Shown here piece after piece: positions 26,852 through 39,090 of a DNA stretch of 64,000 nt. Location of the stretch: NCBI GenBank assembly GCA_003971905.1, contig RSEE01000059.1, positions 62,001 through 126,000 of the forward strand. The letters run 5' to 3'. The position numbers and the translations under genes are program-made. The notes beneath the pieces were generated by a model. That model was given only the letters and a program-made list of their open reading frames with translations. It did no database searches and was not told the DNA's origin. The DNA comes from Moniliella sp. 'wahieum' (taxonomy: Eukaryota). Numbering within the stretch: position 1 is the first letter of the stretch; each line of letters opens with the position of its first letter.

Positions 26852-29154
26852 GTGGGCGCCCCTTGGCAGTGAGGGCCCCGCCTCCCGCTCTCCGCGTTTC
26901 CCGCTCTGCCTGCTGCTGCCCCGCCGCCCGCTCGACCCGATCCCCCTGCCGCCCGCTCCAAGCCGACGCCCTCCTCCAGCCGGACACGCCAGGCTCCGAA
27001 CGAGAGAGAACGCCCAGTACGGACCCGCTTGAGCACCGGCCGCCGCCCGCACGCGCCCGGCACGTCGACAATCGGCCGCTGCCCACGCTGCCCACGCCTC
27101 TTCTCGTGTGGAGGAGGATGCGGACGCTGAGCGTCCTCCCCCCCCGCGGCACACTGACAATCGGCCGCTCCCTACACTGGCCGCTTCGCCGCGCGAAGCC
27201 CCTCTCGCGACCGGCTTCCGTCGCTTGGTTCGATTGCCGCGTTGAACCGTGCGCGGGACCTGGTACAGGACTGGCACGAACGTGCCTCGCCCGAAAGAGC
27301 CCCCCCCCAGTCCTCAAGTACCTTCCTCGGTACGCGGTCGATCTCAAGTCTCGTCTGTCACGCCCGATACGAGACGTACCCCTGCGCGTCTCTGTCCTCC
27401 CCTGCACCCGCTGCACCCGCTGCACCCTCAGCTCCACTTGCACTTACCCGTTCCACTCCGTCCAGTGCGACGGCTGTGAAAGTCGAGGTCACACCCACGC
27501 CCACCCCGGAAGGGGGAAACGAAGATAAGAGCATCGTGATTCACCCAGGTACGTTTTTTTTTTCTGGCTCGCATCGATGCGATGCGATGATGCGATCTGA
27601 TCCGAAATCGGATCCTGCTAGGCTAGCTGTCCTACTTTTCTTCTTCAGACTCGCCTGCTGAGCCCACTCCTAAACCCAAGCCGTCCAAGATCAAGCCCCC
27701 CTCGGTGATTATGACGCCCACGGGGCGCATGCTACGCCGACGGCGCGTCGGACGCCGGGACGGCGCATCGGCTAGAACCGGCCGCGAGGACGGCGCGCAT
27801 TGAGGCGCATGAGCTTGCGGACCTGCGGCGGCGCGTTCAGGCTCTGGAAAGGGAAAAGGCCGAGCTGAACCAGACGCGGGACCACACTGAAAAGAATGTG
27901 AGGGGTGGGAGTCCGAGGTGGCACGATGGAGGCGATGGCCAACTCGGCCGCAGCTCAAAATAAAGCACGGTCGCACCATTCGCTCGCGCTCTCTGCTTCG
28001 CGCATGGCTAATGCCCACTCCACCATCAAGACCCTCATGGCTGCCAACCAGGTGCGGGAAGCGGACATTGCTCGTGTGGGAGCAGAAACCCGGGCGAGCT
28101 ACACGCAAGCAAGGATGGAGGAACTGTACATGGTACTGGAGCAAGAACGTGCTGAGGCAGCACAAACTGTGACACGTGTGCGCTCCGAAGCTCGCATGGC
28201 AGTGAAGGCGGAGCGTGCTAAAGCGAACAGTCCAATGCGTCCGTACATGCTCAAGAACAAAAGGAACTGGTCGAGTTGGCTGAGCAAGTGGATGCATTAA
28301 CGAACCAAGTGGAGCAGCCCAGCGGGCCGAGACCGATTGGAAGAGAAAGGCGCAGGTGCAGGATAAGAAGTTGGACGAGCTCAAGAAGCAAGTGAAGAAA
28401 CTCAAGGCTGACTTGGCTTCGAAGCCAACATACTTCGACTCGGATGGGCCCCGCTTTGTTGATACAGCAACTACGCCGGCTCGACCGCTTGATTGGAGGA
28501 AACACACTACGCGGCAAGAGGAGGCCGCGGACGGACGAGGAAGAGGAAGAGGCCGAGTCGGCGTGTAGAGCCTGATCCGGAACCTCCCAGTTGTCCACCT
28601 GCCAAAAAGCCCAAAGTCCGTCCGGCTCCCAAGGCGGCCACCTCCCGAGCTGAGACCAAGGCGCCTAGGGGCAAGAAGGTCCTTCTCTGGACCCTGAGGA
28701 AGAGGAGGAGGAGGAGCAAGCGTTTGAAAAGCCAATTCCGCGTGGGAGAAAAGCTTCTGGGACCAAACCCTCTCGCGCAGCTACACGAACCGCCAAGCCC
28801 CCAGCCAAACGAGCTGCCAAGACGCAAACAGCCACTGAGAAGGCGGCTGAAGCATTTGCCCTGGAGGCAGAAAAGTCAGTTGTCCTGCCCCGTGCAATGA
28901 GGAATCGTGACCCGCTTCCGCAAGTCACCGAGACGCTGGACCCAATGCCCGAGCTGGACGCCCAAGGCGGTACCTACTCTGCAGGGCAAAAGAAGAAAAC
29001 GCCGTCTTTTGGGGGAGGCGCAGCGCTTGGATCGCAATTCTTATCGTCCGACTCGGCCCCGTCGTCCTTCCTCCCTCTCGAACTGAGTCCTGTCAAGCCC
29101 ACGTCGAGCCGAGGCAAGAAGGGTGGGTCGTCCGGGTTGTCGCTGTTTGGGTGA
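26852..29154 (+). CDS. Hypothetical protein with central coiled coil and basic low-complexity tail
   Basis: Coding-like segments across frames. The heptad-like region at 27900-28420 includes QARMEELYMVLEQERAEA and KKLDELKKQVKKLKADL. Probable intron at about 27549-27648. No family recognised. Confidence 0.5.
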
Positions 29155-29823
29155 GGAGAGGGGAGGAGAGGGGCACGGCTTGCCCCCCGCTTTTGGTTCT
29201 GTTCTGTTTTGCTTGTTGTTGGCATGCCTTTTTGATGCTTGGCCTTGGGCCTTTTGCCGGTCGATCTGATCCTGATTTCGATTTCGATCCCCCAGCGCAC
29301 CCGGTCGCCCGGCGCTGTGTGTATACCGCCTGGTACTATGAACACGTCTCTGTGCTAGTTGCGCGGTCCTTGGGTGTGGTGTAAGACGGGCAGGCGAGGA
29401 ATGGGGCCATAGGAGTGCAGTGGTACTGGAATCCTGGAGACCGCCTCGGGCTCAGGCCGAAGCACTCGGGAGTCGTGATGCCAATGGCCACTGCCGACGG
29501 TGTGTGTGGCTCCCTTCACTAGGACTAGTGCTTGCCACCGTATGGAGGCCAATGGTTAATGGGGCACTGATGCATGTGACATGGCATGTCACGTGCCCCG
29601 AGGCAGGTTGCAAGTTGCAAGCCAAAAGCACGCATTCCCATTGAAACATTGCACACTGGCCCTCGGTAGGGTTGGATGCGCCGCTGAGAAGCGGCATGGG
29701 GCGCGTGTGCTAATTATTGCGCCGTGGAAATGCGGCGGCGCCGGGAGCGTAGGCTCGGGTGGGTGCACGCCCTAGGCTGCGTTGGCCGCCAGGCTTCGTC
29801 GGCCTGCCTACCCCCACCGTCAC

Positions 29824-30515
<692 letters not shown>

Positions 30516-31362
30516 GTTGCAGGCGTTCCATCGAGGTGTGAGCAGGGACGATCGATGATCAATCATTCACCCTTAAAGCTAAATCGCCGATCGCTCTCGA
30601 CTGTATCCTCGAAACGGTATGGCTCACCCTGAACTAGGTGCGCGCCAGCGTGGGGCTCGACCGCGCGACCTGTACCCGTAAGCTGCCCAAAAGCATGTGC
30701 CTGTCAATCATGCCCTTTGTTACATTCTGAATGCGTGCATCCAGTCAATAGGTGCTCTGGCAGTGGATAGAAAGACGCCTAGAAGGTTGGTGCGAGCGAG
30801 GCAAGGCGGGGTGAATGATGGGGCGTACAAATCAATACAATTGAAGCTTGTCAAGATCACAGTTAAGTGAACGTTGATTAACGCGGCGCCAGGCTGTGCT
30901 AGCACAGCACAGCACCGCCTAAGCCGCCCACGGGCGCTCGGTGGTTGTTCGCGTGGCCCAGGCGCTGTACGCGACGCTGTATGCTGTATGCTGTAGCTGT
31001 ATGCTGCGATCCCCGCCTGCACCTCTCGCTCGGAGGGTCACCACTCTCGCCGGTCGCCGGTCGCCCCGCGTGGGTCCATCGGGTGGCTCGTGCTTGGGCC
31101 CAGCGTCCCTTGATCAGTTCCTCCTCAGGCCGAGGAGGTGCGTTCCATAGTCTTCTCCTGCTCTTTCCTTGTTCCGAAGCTTAGCCCCTGGTAGCGACTG
31201 GTTGCTTGATGCACGATGCTCCTCTGTAGGCGTTGCTGGTTGGCTTAGACACCACCACCACCACCACCACTACCGCCAGTGCGATTGTATCACTCTCGAG
31301 GACGATCCGGCCTCCGGACTGCAGGTCTCATCACCGGTCACCCCGCTCTCCCCAGCACAATA

Positions 31363-33006
31363 ATGCCGTCGGTGATGATCGTCAACGACACGCTTGTCCC
31401 GCTGCACATTGCGCTGAAGCAGCTCAGTCCTCTGTACTACCACAACAACCTGCCTCCTGGAGGCCATTGCATTTTCCATCCTGGCAAAGTATTCTTTACT
31501 GTGGAAGCGCGCCTGGCGCGTGTAGCCAAGGAAGGAGCGCGGAGTGAAAACGAGTACAATGCGTGGCAAACGTACGTTCCCATCGTCGGGTTCACCCTTG
31601 CTGCTGTCAGTCTCGGAGCTGGGGCAATCTACGTCGCGAGCGCAGCGGCAGCTGCTGGTTCGGTTGCTGGAACCGTAGCGGCGATCAGTGCGGATGTGGC
31701 GACGAAAGCGCCGACACTGCGACGGCTGTACAAGTATGCCAAGCAGGGTCAGCGGGTGGTGCAGGTCGGGCAAGTGATTGGGATGGGGGGAGGTGCTGGG
31801 GCGGTGGCCAAGGCTGCCTTGCCAGAGAACAAGGTGTTTGGCACGATACTTTCCTGGACCGAGTCAGGTCCCAAGGGCAAAGGGCCTGCACCTGCTTCTG
31901 TGCCACCGGGCACGTCTCCTGCGCCCGGTACGGGCGGGAAGGGTATGCAGGCCTCAGTGAGGCAGATGGACCAACCTACGCGCGCACAGCAGCATGTTAC
32001 CCACGTCCTGCACGGTTTGCTGCAAGGCTCGGTGCTCAAGAGTTATGGATGGTACATGAGTCACGATCGGCTTCTGCGCATTGAGGGGGGTCCACGTGCG
32101 GCTGGAGTAGATGGGTATCTGGTGATTGAAACGGACACGTTCCAACCGTTCCGGGTAGTCAATGAGCGGGGCAAAGTGCTCGCTACTGGAAACGAACAGG
32201 TCTCTCTGTCCAAGCAAACGGACGCATTCTCTGACCGGAAAGAGTATCCTCCCGGGTATTCGGTGGAGGACCCGCATGGTTCGGCAAGTGGTGCCAGCAG
32301 CGTACCGACCGATCGCGATCCTTCCCCGATGAACGTGTCGTGGCAGGACAGAGCAGGAGATGCGGGTACCTCTATGGAAAGCAAAGCGGAATGGGGGGAG
32401 TACCTGAGGCAGCAGGCGCTGGTGGAGACGAAAGGGCAAGAAAGCAAACAAGACGAGGTGGAGTTGGTTTGGGAAGAAGACGGGATCCCTCCTGAAGTTT
32501 TGGCCGCGTCGATCCGCGATGCACAAGAAGAATGGGAGCCCTATGCGCATCTGCTGGATGCAGAGGAGGAAGGCAGTCTCTGTTACGAGCCTGTTTCCTG
32601 CTTTACCCCCCTTCACGTCGGGGAGAAGGACAAGCAGATGGAGAGCGGACCGCCTGCGATTCCCCCACGCCCTCAGTACAAGAAGGAAACGATGGATCGC
32701 ACCTATGCACAGGTGAACTCGGAGGTGGATTTGCCCCCCTCGCTGTACTTGGAACCCACGCCGTTAGAAAAGTTGATCGAAATGGGGTACACGTACGACG
32801 AAAGTCGTACGGCTCTCGAACTTCACCACGGCGATCTGGTACGGGCACTGGAGAGCTTGTTACTACAAGAACCAGGAGCGGGAACTTATGCGACCGACCA
32901 CGATCTAACTTCGCAACCGTTCGTCGCACGTTCTTCGCCTGCCATCGACCGAGCGCCTATGGAGCACGGTGCGTCCCAGACGTCATCTTGGGGCACGTCA
33001 GCGTGA
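31363..33006 (+). CDS. Hypothetical protein with N-terminal hydrophobic segment and C-terminal UBA-like domain
   Basis: Uninterrupted ~547-codon ORF from ATG 31363. It has a hydrophobic stretch VPIVGFTLAAVSLGAGAIYVASAAAAAG and a UBA-like LEKLIEMGYTYDESRTALELHHGDLVRALESLL. Confidence 0.7.
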   Translation: MPSVMIVNDTLVPLHIALKQLSPLYYHNNLPPGGHCIFHPGKVFFTVEARLARVAKEGARSENEYNAWQTYVPIVGFTLAAVSLGAGAIYVASAAAAAGSVAGTVAAISADVATKAPTLRRLYKYAKQGQRVVQVGQVIGMGGGAGAVAKAALPENKVFGTILSWTESGPKGKGPAPASVPPGTSPAPGTGGKGMQASVRQMDQPTRAQQHVTHVLHGLLQGSVLKSYGWYMSHDRLLRIEGGPRAAGVDGYLVIETDTFQPFRVVNERGKVLATGNEQVSLSKQTDAFSDRKEYPPGYSVEDPHGSASGASSVPTDRDPSPMNVSWQDRAGDAGTSMESKAEWGEYLRQQALVETKGQESKQDEVELVWEEDGIPPEVLAASIRDAQEEWEPYAHLLDAEEEGSLCYEPVSCFTPLHVGEKDKQMESGPPAIPPRPQYKKETMDRTYAQVNSEVDLPPSLYLEPTPLEKLIEMGYTYDESRTALELHHGDLVRALESLLLQEPGAGTYATDHDLTSQPFVARSSPAIDRAPMEHGASQTSSWGTSA

Positions 33007-33695
33007 CGCGTGCTTCCCATCCAGAATCCGCACATGCTCTCGCAGCATGAGGAAATGCCATGGGTCAGTCGCGCCTCGGACCAGGCTAGTAAGGGGCTGG
33101 CTACGCTTGAATCGACGCCGTATGTGGGTAGGTTTGCGCGGACCGCCGTATCGGGCCTACGGTCTCATGGCGAAGCGTGGCTCCAAGGCAACCACACCGG
33201 CCCGGGGACCAAGTGCAAGATTGCCTACCGTGCAGCTCAATCGGCGATTCGTAACCCTGCCCCTCGTACACCTACCACTTCGCGCGCACCCACCTTGCCT
33301 CCTCGCCCGTGAGCGTAAAGCTTGAAGCTTCAAGGTCAAGCTTGACTTGGGCTTTCTTGTTGCATGGTTCTTTCGCTTCGCCGCCCACGAGGCACTGAGA
33401 GTAACACTAGTAACACCTGAACCTGACCGCCACAAAAGGACTTTTTTGACGCTGCTGTACGATGCATCCGTCTGTGTACTTGATCGGATACCAATTCCAT
33501 TTCCAGAGATATATCCCCATCGGCCCTGTATATCTGTGTGCAGTTAGTCAATGTACAGCCGAGTCAGCCCGCTCTCTGGTGGTGCTTCGCACTGAGAGAG
33601 AGCAACTTGCGCTGACGCCTTCTTAGTCACTGTACTGCCGAGGTCGCCTGCTCTCTGGTGCTTCCCACTGACAGAGTCTCTTGTGCTCACGCTTA

Positions 33696-34197
33696 CACGG
33701 GGGGGTGTAAAAAATTAATATTTTGCTTAGATGACCACATCACCCAAAAATGCGTAGAATTTGGTGCGGAACGTTTTTGACATTGTGGCCACATGAGGTT
33801 AAGCGCTTTGGCCCAAGAGGTCAAGCGCTTTGGCCACATGAAGTCAAGCGCTTTGGCCACATGCGCTCAATGGCTTTGGCCACATGCGCTCAAGCCCTTA
33901 GCTCAAATGTGCCCAAACGCTTAGCTGTTGATTGGATGCGTGCTTGTAGGCTCTCCAACCGGCTGGCTGGCATCGATCCAGAACTACTAGATTTATAGGC
34001 AGGGTAGGTATTTTTAGGTATAGAATGCATTCGATGATCGCTGGGAAGCGATGACACGGCAACCACGGTTAGGTGTGACGTCAGACGGAAGCACCACAAC
34101 GTAGTAGAGCAGCGAACGGTTCAGAAAGTGGCAGGTTACTGTGAGGGGAGTGCGCACTAGGGAGAAGCTGGCCAAGTCAGCAGCAGCATAGGGTTAG
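33696..34197 (+). repeat. Left terminal inverted repeat with ~22-bp subterminal repeats (core TTTGGCCACATG, 33781-33895)
   Basis: Blocks such as CCCAAACGCTTAGCTGTTGATTGGATGCGTGCTTGTAGGCTCTC and GCGCACTAGGGAGAAGCTGGCCAAGTCAGCAGCAGCA are exact reverse complements of blocks in 37714-38164. Confidence 0.92.
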
Positions 34198-35299
34198 CGA
34201 GAGACACAGAAGATGTGCGACGGACTCACGGGTCAGGCGATGAAGACGGCCAGTAGCGAGGGCAAGCGGGATGAAATCGGAATGTGCACTGGTAGAGCGA
34301 ACAAGGTCAGGAACAGCGTCGGCATATAACAGAAGGGACGTACGACGGCGAAACAGGTCAGATAAGTCGAGGCGAACAAGACGAGACGAACCAACCGTGG
34401 GATTCGCTGCATGCAGCAGCTGGGTAGACAGTGTCAGTGGCAGGACAACTCCAAGCGCGAAGTACGGAGGACGTACGATGGCAAGGCAGACGAGCCAAGC
34501 GAGAGGACCTCAGGCGAGGCAAAATGGAACCAGACGGACAAGGCCGAAGGTGAGCGAAACGGTGCATGCACGTCATGCATGCGACCCACCAGGTCAGCGG
34601 AAGTGTGGGGAATGCGGAGGAAGCGGGCACGTACGATGGCGCTGCGGATCAGGTGAAACGAGGGCAAGATGGCCCGCGAGGGGGAGTCTGTGTAGGCGGG
34701 GTCAGCAACAGAGCGCTGGTGGGCAAGAGAACACATACGACACAAGCAATGCAGACAGTGAGAGGGGGCCGGGGCGAGAGGCAGAGGGGGCGTTCAACAG
34801 CTACTGATGACGAGGCGAGGAGGACGGAGTGTGGCGGGAGAGGGAATGGAGACGTGCGGCAGAAATGCAGACCAGGCGAGGAGAACCGAGCGATGGGGGC
34901 GGGACTAGCAAAAGGCGGTCAGTAAGCAGTGCAGGCAGCAACGATGGTGATGTTGATGTCCAGGGGAAGAAGATGGTGCTGTTGCGCCGTGGCACAGAGC
35001 ACTCTGCGATGTGCTGGCTGCAGAGATGGGATACTGGTTGCGACGGGCGCCATGCGTCTGCCGGACCTGTGACAAAAAAGCACCCACCAATGCATATCAT
35101 ATGTACAACCCATCTCGCCCATCCTTTTACCAAGTCGCCACCACCATGTTTCGACGTCGGCTCACCAAAATGCCGACCGATGGAACGAGCTCGCACGCGT
35201 GCACAATAGGACAGACACATCTGCTGTACCTTTTCCCGCGGCCTGATCCACGATGAAGCAGGACGAGAGGTTGCTGTACCAGTTCCCTGCTTGCCCAGT

Positions 35300-36776
35300 T
35301 CAACCGATGTCCGGTTTCATGCATGCACACGAAGGTGCGCAGGTACAGCCACACGGGTGCTGGGTGCGAGGATGGGGGCAGTCACGCCATTGACGAGGTG
35401 GCCGAAGATGCGAGCATGCCCCAGCCACACCTGACGCATGCTCGCCTTCCCTTGCTTCCAGTGCCTCCTCGCCTGTAGACACTACCATGGCCGAGGACGA
35501 GTTATGCCAGACGTAGCCCAGTGTTTCCTTTGGACCACCTTTAAGAGCCCACGGGCGTGTCCTTTGCCGCCCGCGGGCGCATGACAACCCGCTCGGCGCC
35601 CCGAATGAGCGTGTCGAGCAAATCCGCAACCAAGAGACTGATATTCATCGGCGATCTCAACACGGAGCGCAGAGGGCACCAATATCCGAGCGAGGGGTTT
35701 GTTGGCTAACCTAAAGACTGTGGGGTTGGGAAGGATGTGCGCACTATGCTTGTGGCTCTCCCATTCGCGGCACTCCCCATCCTCGAGACCGGAAAAGGCC
35801 AACGATGAGAAGGAGTTCACGTTTCCGATTCCGGTTTATGACGCTATCGTCGCGGCAGCCGACCTGCATGGTTTGCTTTCCAGGACATGGTACCCGGCTG
35901 CCGGGCAGGCCAGGGCGCAGTTCATGGTACGTCCCACAGCCTTGATTGATATACGGGTTTAGACGCTGGCATGCCTGTTATGGCTGGAATAGTACCGGAC
36001 GACCCAGACTGCATACCGACTGATCGAGCGCCTTTCGAGACTCGGCCCCGAGCGCCATGATCGCGACGCGACCGAATCTCCATCTCCTCCTGGCGCATAC
36101 GTCTGATGCGCTCGAATTGTTCGGCCCTCTCCAGAACACGGACGCTGCCTTCGAGGGTCGCGTGAAGCACATCTTGCCCATTGCAACTTCCAGAACCTCC
36201 CGCGTGACACCTTGTACAACGTCATGGTCGCCGAGAAGATTCTGCATCACTCTTCACCGGGTACGATGTGTCTAGTGACGGCTCGGTGGTGGCTCGGCCT
36301 GGGGCTCCTCCCGGGGTGCTGGAGCAAGGGAAGGAAGAGCCCGACTACGACTCTGATGGCATGGCGATTCCACGAGTGGTGCTGGCCCCAGCCAAGAACC
36401 AATCCTCGGTGGGTTGCAACATTCTCACCGAAGAGGTGCTGGTCGTTTCCAGTTGGCGGACCGTGTCAAGGTGCGGGCGCAGTACCTGGTGGGCAAGGCG
36501 GCTGTTATCGCTACAGGGGAGATGATCCGTGTGGGGATGAACGTGACGATCGGCCAGAAGTCGGCCGAGTACAGCGCGTCCGCCGACTTTGTTATTGGCA
36601 AGATCCTCCGGATTGGGCGCGACCCGTTGGATGAGAAGGCTGCCTGGGTCGGGTACAGGCCGTACATCATCACGGGTAGCACGCATCGCTCAGGCTGCCG
36701 CATTGTCCGCGAACTCAATGATGGTGATGCTCCTGAAGAGTTTGCCCTATTGACGGTGAGCACCGATGAGTGCTGA
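35300..36776 (+). pseudogene. Degenerate CMC/CACTA-type transposase remnant
   Basis: RPNLHLLLAHTSDALELFGPLQNTDAAFEGRVKH at about 36070-36170 resembles the N.H...H....FGP......FE motif of CMC transposases. Surrounding frames have stops and shifts. Confidence 0.6.
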
Positions 36777-36879
36777 ATCCGGCTGCGTGACGATTGCTCA
36801 TCAAGTACTGACACTGGGACATTGACCACAGGATGTTGGCAGCGAGGCGCCTCTCCAGCACGCCTGCACCAAGAAGTGC

Positions 36880-37242
36880 TTGATAGAGCAGGACGGCCAG
36901 AAAGTACTGGTGCACAACTACGAGAAGGACCCGATCTCGGGGGAGAACGAGGCGATAGAGTACTTCATCCCGGCGGCGTCTCATTTTAAAGCCAAGAACG
37001 GGAAGCGGCTGGTATTGAACGAATACGCTATGCGAAGTCCACCACACCACAAGCCGCACATGGACTTGAGGATCAGCTGGAAGTCCCCCAAACTGAGCGC
37101 CAACGCGCTGAGCAAAGACGTGGCCCAGAGGATTGCAACGAACGGTGCCATGCACCTGTGGGACAAGCGCGCCAAGAAGAAGACACCTGCCATGGCCGCT
37201 GTCGGAGGAGGGGGGCAACAGCGACGACTCTTCGGACAGTGA
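36880..37242 (+). CDS. Transposon-internal ORF2 fragment of unknown function
   Basis: A 120-codon open frame inside the TIRs, with a paralogous degenerate copy at about 54.4-55.3 kb. Confidence 0.4.
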   Translation: MIEQDGQKVLVHNYEKDPISGENEAIEYFIPAASHFKAKNGKRLVLNEYAMRSPPHHKPHMDLRISWKSPKLSANALSKDVAQRIATNGAMHLWDKRAKKKTPAMAAVGGGGQQRRLFGQ

Positions 37243-37713
37243 CAGTGATTGATGCGAGAACCAAATGGACATGCATTGCGCGATGAGGATGAGTATAGGT
37301 TTGGTGGCAGTCGTCGGTCGTCAGTAGCCAGGCCATAGGGTGGTGCGCATCCTGGACCCATCAGCCTGAACCTCTCCATGGGCTGCGCTTTGACATGATG
37401 CGCATGCGCACTTAAAAGCCTCTTTTGCCGGCGAACGAGCCAGGTGACGGATGACTGTCATGCGTCCCATGCGCAGGGGCATGGCCGAAGCGAAGGGGCG
37501 GTTATGGAGTAAGAGGCCAGACGGTGCGTGGGTTGCAGCCCCAAATGCCTGTCGCCACAAGCGTCGGGTCTCTGCCACCGGCCTCTTCAGCCCCACTCCG
37601 CTTATCCAGCCCATCTACCCATTTTCCAATCCCGCCATTACCCTTATTTCAATTTTTCACACCCGCCCGTGTAGTTAGTCAATGTACAGCCGAGTAGGTC
37701 TGCCGTTAACGTT

Positions 37714-38164
37714 TAACCCTGTGCTGCTGCTGACTTGGCCAGCTTCTCCCTAGTGCGCGCTCCCCTCACACTAACCTGTCACTTTCTGTGCCGCTCACTG
37801 CTCTACTACGTTGTGGTACGTCCGTCCTACGTTGCGCCTAACCGTGGTTGCCGTGGAATCGCTGCCCAGCCATCTTCGAATGCATTCTACACCTATAGAA
37901 AAATAACTGCCCTGCTTGTAAATTTCTACTGGTTCTGCATCGATGCCAGCCCCAACCAGCCAGCCGGGTAGAGAGCCTACAAGCACGCATCCAATCAACA
38001 GCTAAGCGTTTGGGCGCATGTGGGCTAAGCGCTTGATTGCATGTGGCCAAAGTGCGTAACTTCATGTGGCCAAAGTGTCCCAACGCTCCATCGGGAGGGT
38101 TAATTCATTTTTGGCTGATTTGGTTGGCCGAAGCAACAAATTAATTTTTCATGACCACCCAGTG
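37714..38164 (-). repeat. Right terminal inverted repeat
   Basis: Reverse complement of the left TIR, with two CATGTGGCCAAAG copies at about 38040-38075. Confidence 0.92.
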
Positions 38165-39090
38165 TTGCTCGACCGAGGGTTCTACCCATGGGCCCGCCTT
38201 TTTGTTTGGTTGATTGTGCGTGCATCTCATTTTGCTCTACACACGCCAGTTGTGCACGGTCCTCTTTTTTTTTGCCCGTACTCCCACCCCACCCGCTTGC
38301 GCATTAAATGTGGAATGAGAGACTGGTGTTGAACTTCAACGTTGAAGCTTGAAGGTTGAAGCTCGGTGCTGGACTCCAGGACGAGAGGCTGCCGAGGCAG
38401 GTGGGCCTGAGGGCGTAGGAGGTGAGCTGAGCAGAGAGCTGCGCTGAGCTGCGGCCAATAACATCATGTGGTGAAAAAGAACAGCGGCTGTGCGCGTGGG
38501 AAGCGGACATTTGCATGCGTCACGAGGCCACCATAAGCTGCATGTCACCGTGCGCGCGATAAAGGATGGGTGATGCATCGCTCCAGGCACCACCGGCACC
38601 ACAGCCACTCGGCATGCACCGCACAGTGTCCTGACGCCTGACGGGTTGACTGGTGCCGGGCTGGGTGGCAACGGTGCCGGTGACCGGTGAGGCGCCAGGC
38701 ACCGATAGTCGATAGCCACAGATAACTGGGTCTTCGCACAGGCCCAGTGTCCTGCCGTGTGCCTTCCCCGGCCTGATGTGTGCTGTATGACGCGTGACAT
38801 GCATGCCACCTGAGGCCGGATGCATGATGCATGATGCATGGTGCATGATGCATGATGTGCCTCCTGCCATTCTTGGCGGCGGCATCAGTACTGCATCCAC
38901 CCCGCCCCAGCCGCCTATCCACCCGACGCAGAGTTTTGCCCAGCAGTCGTTCCACTGTCGTTCCTAGGCACCTCTGCCTTCATCGATCATCCCGCTGTCC
39001 CTCCTTCACCCATATCCTTCTGCCTCTGCCTCTGCTCTGCCTCCGCTTTGCCTCCGCCTTCGCTCCCACCCTCTCACCCTCTTCCTCGTC

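Larger units (their letters stand above)
33696..38164 (+). mobile_element. CACTA/CMC-like (EnSpm-related) DNA transposon, degenerate and probably non-autonomous
   Basis: Long imperfect inverted repeats at 33696-34197 and 37714-38164 begin CACGG.. and CACTG.. Subterminal TTTGGCCACATG repeats and an internal transposase-like remnant are present. Confidence 0.8.

Noticed and set aside
33781..33895. ~22-bp periodic repeats that might suggest a CRISPR-like array
   Set aside because: There are no unique spacers, the context is eukaryotic, and they are mirrored in the opposite TIR. They are transposon subterminal repeats.
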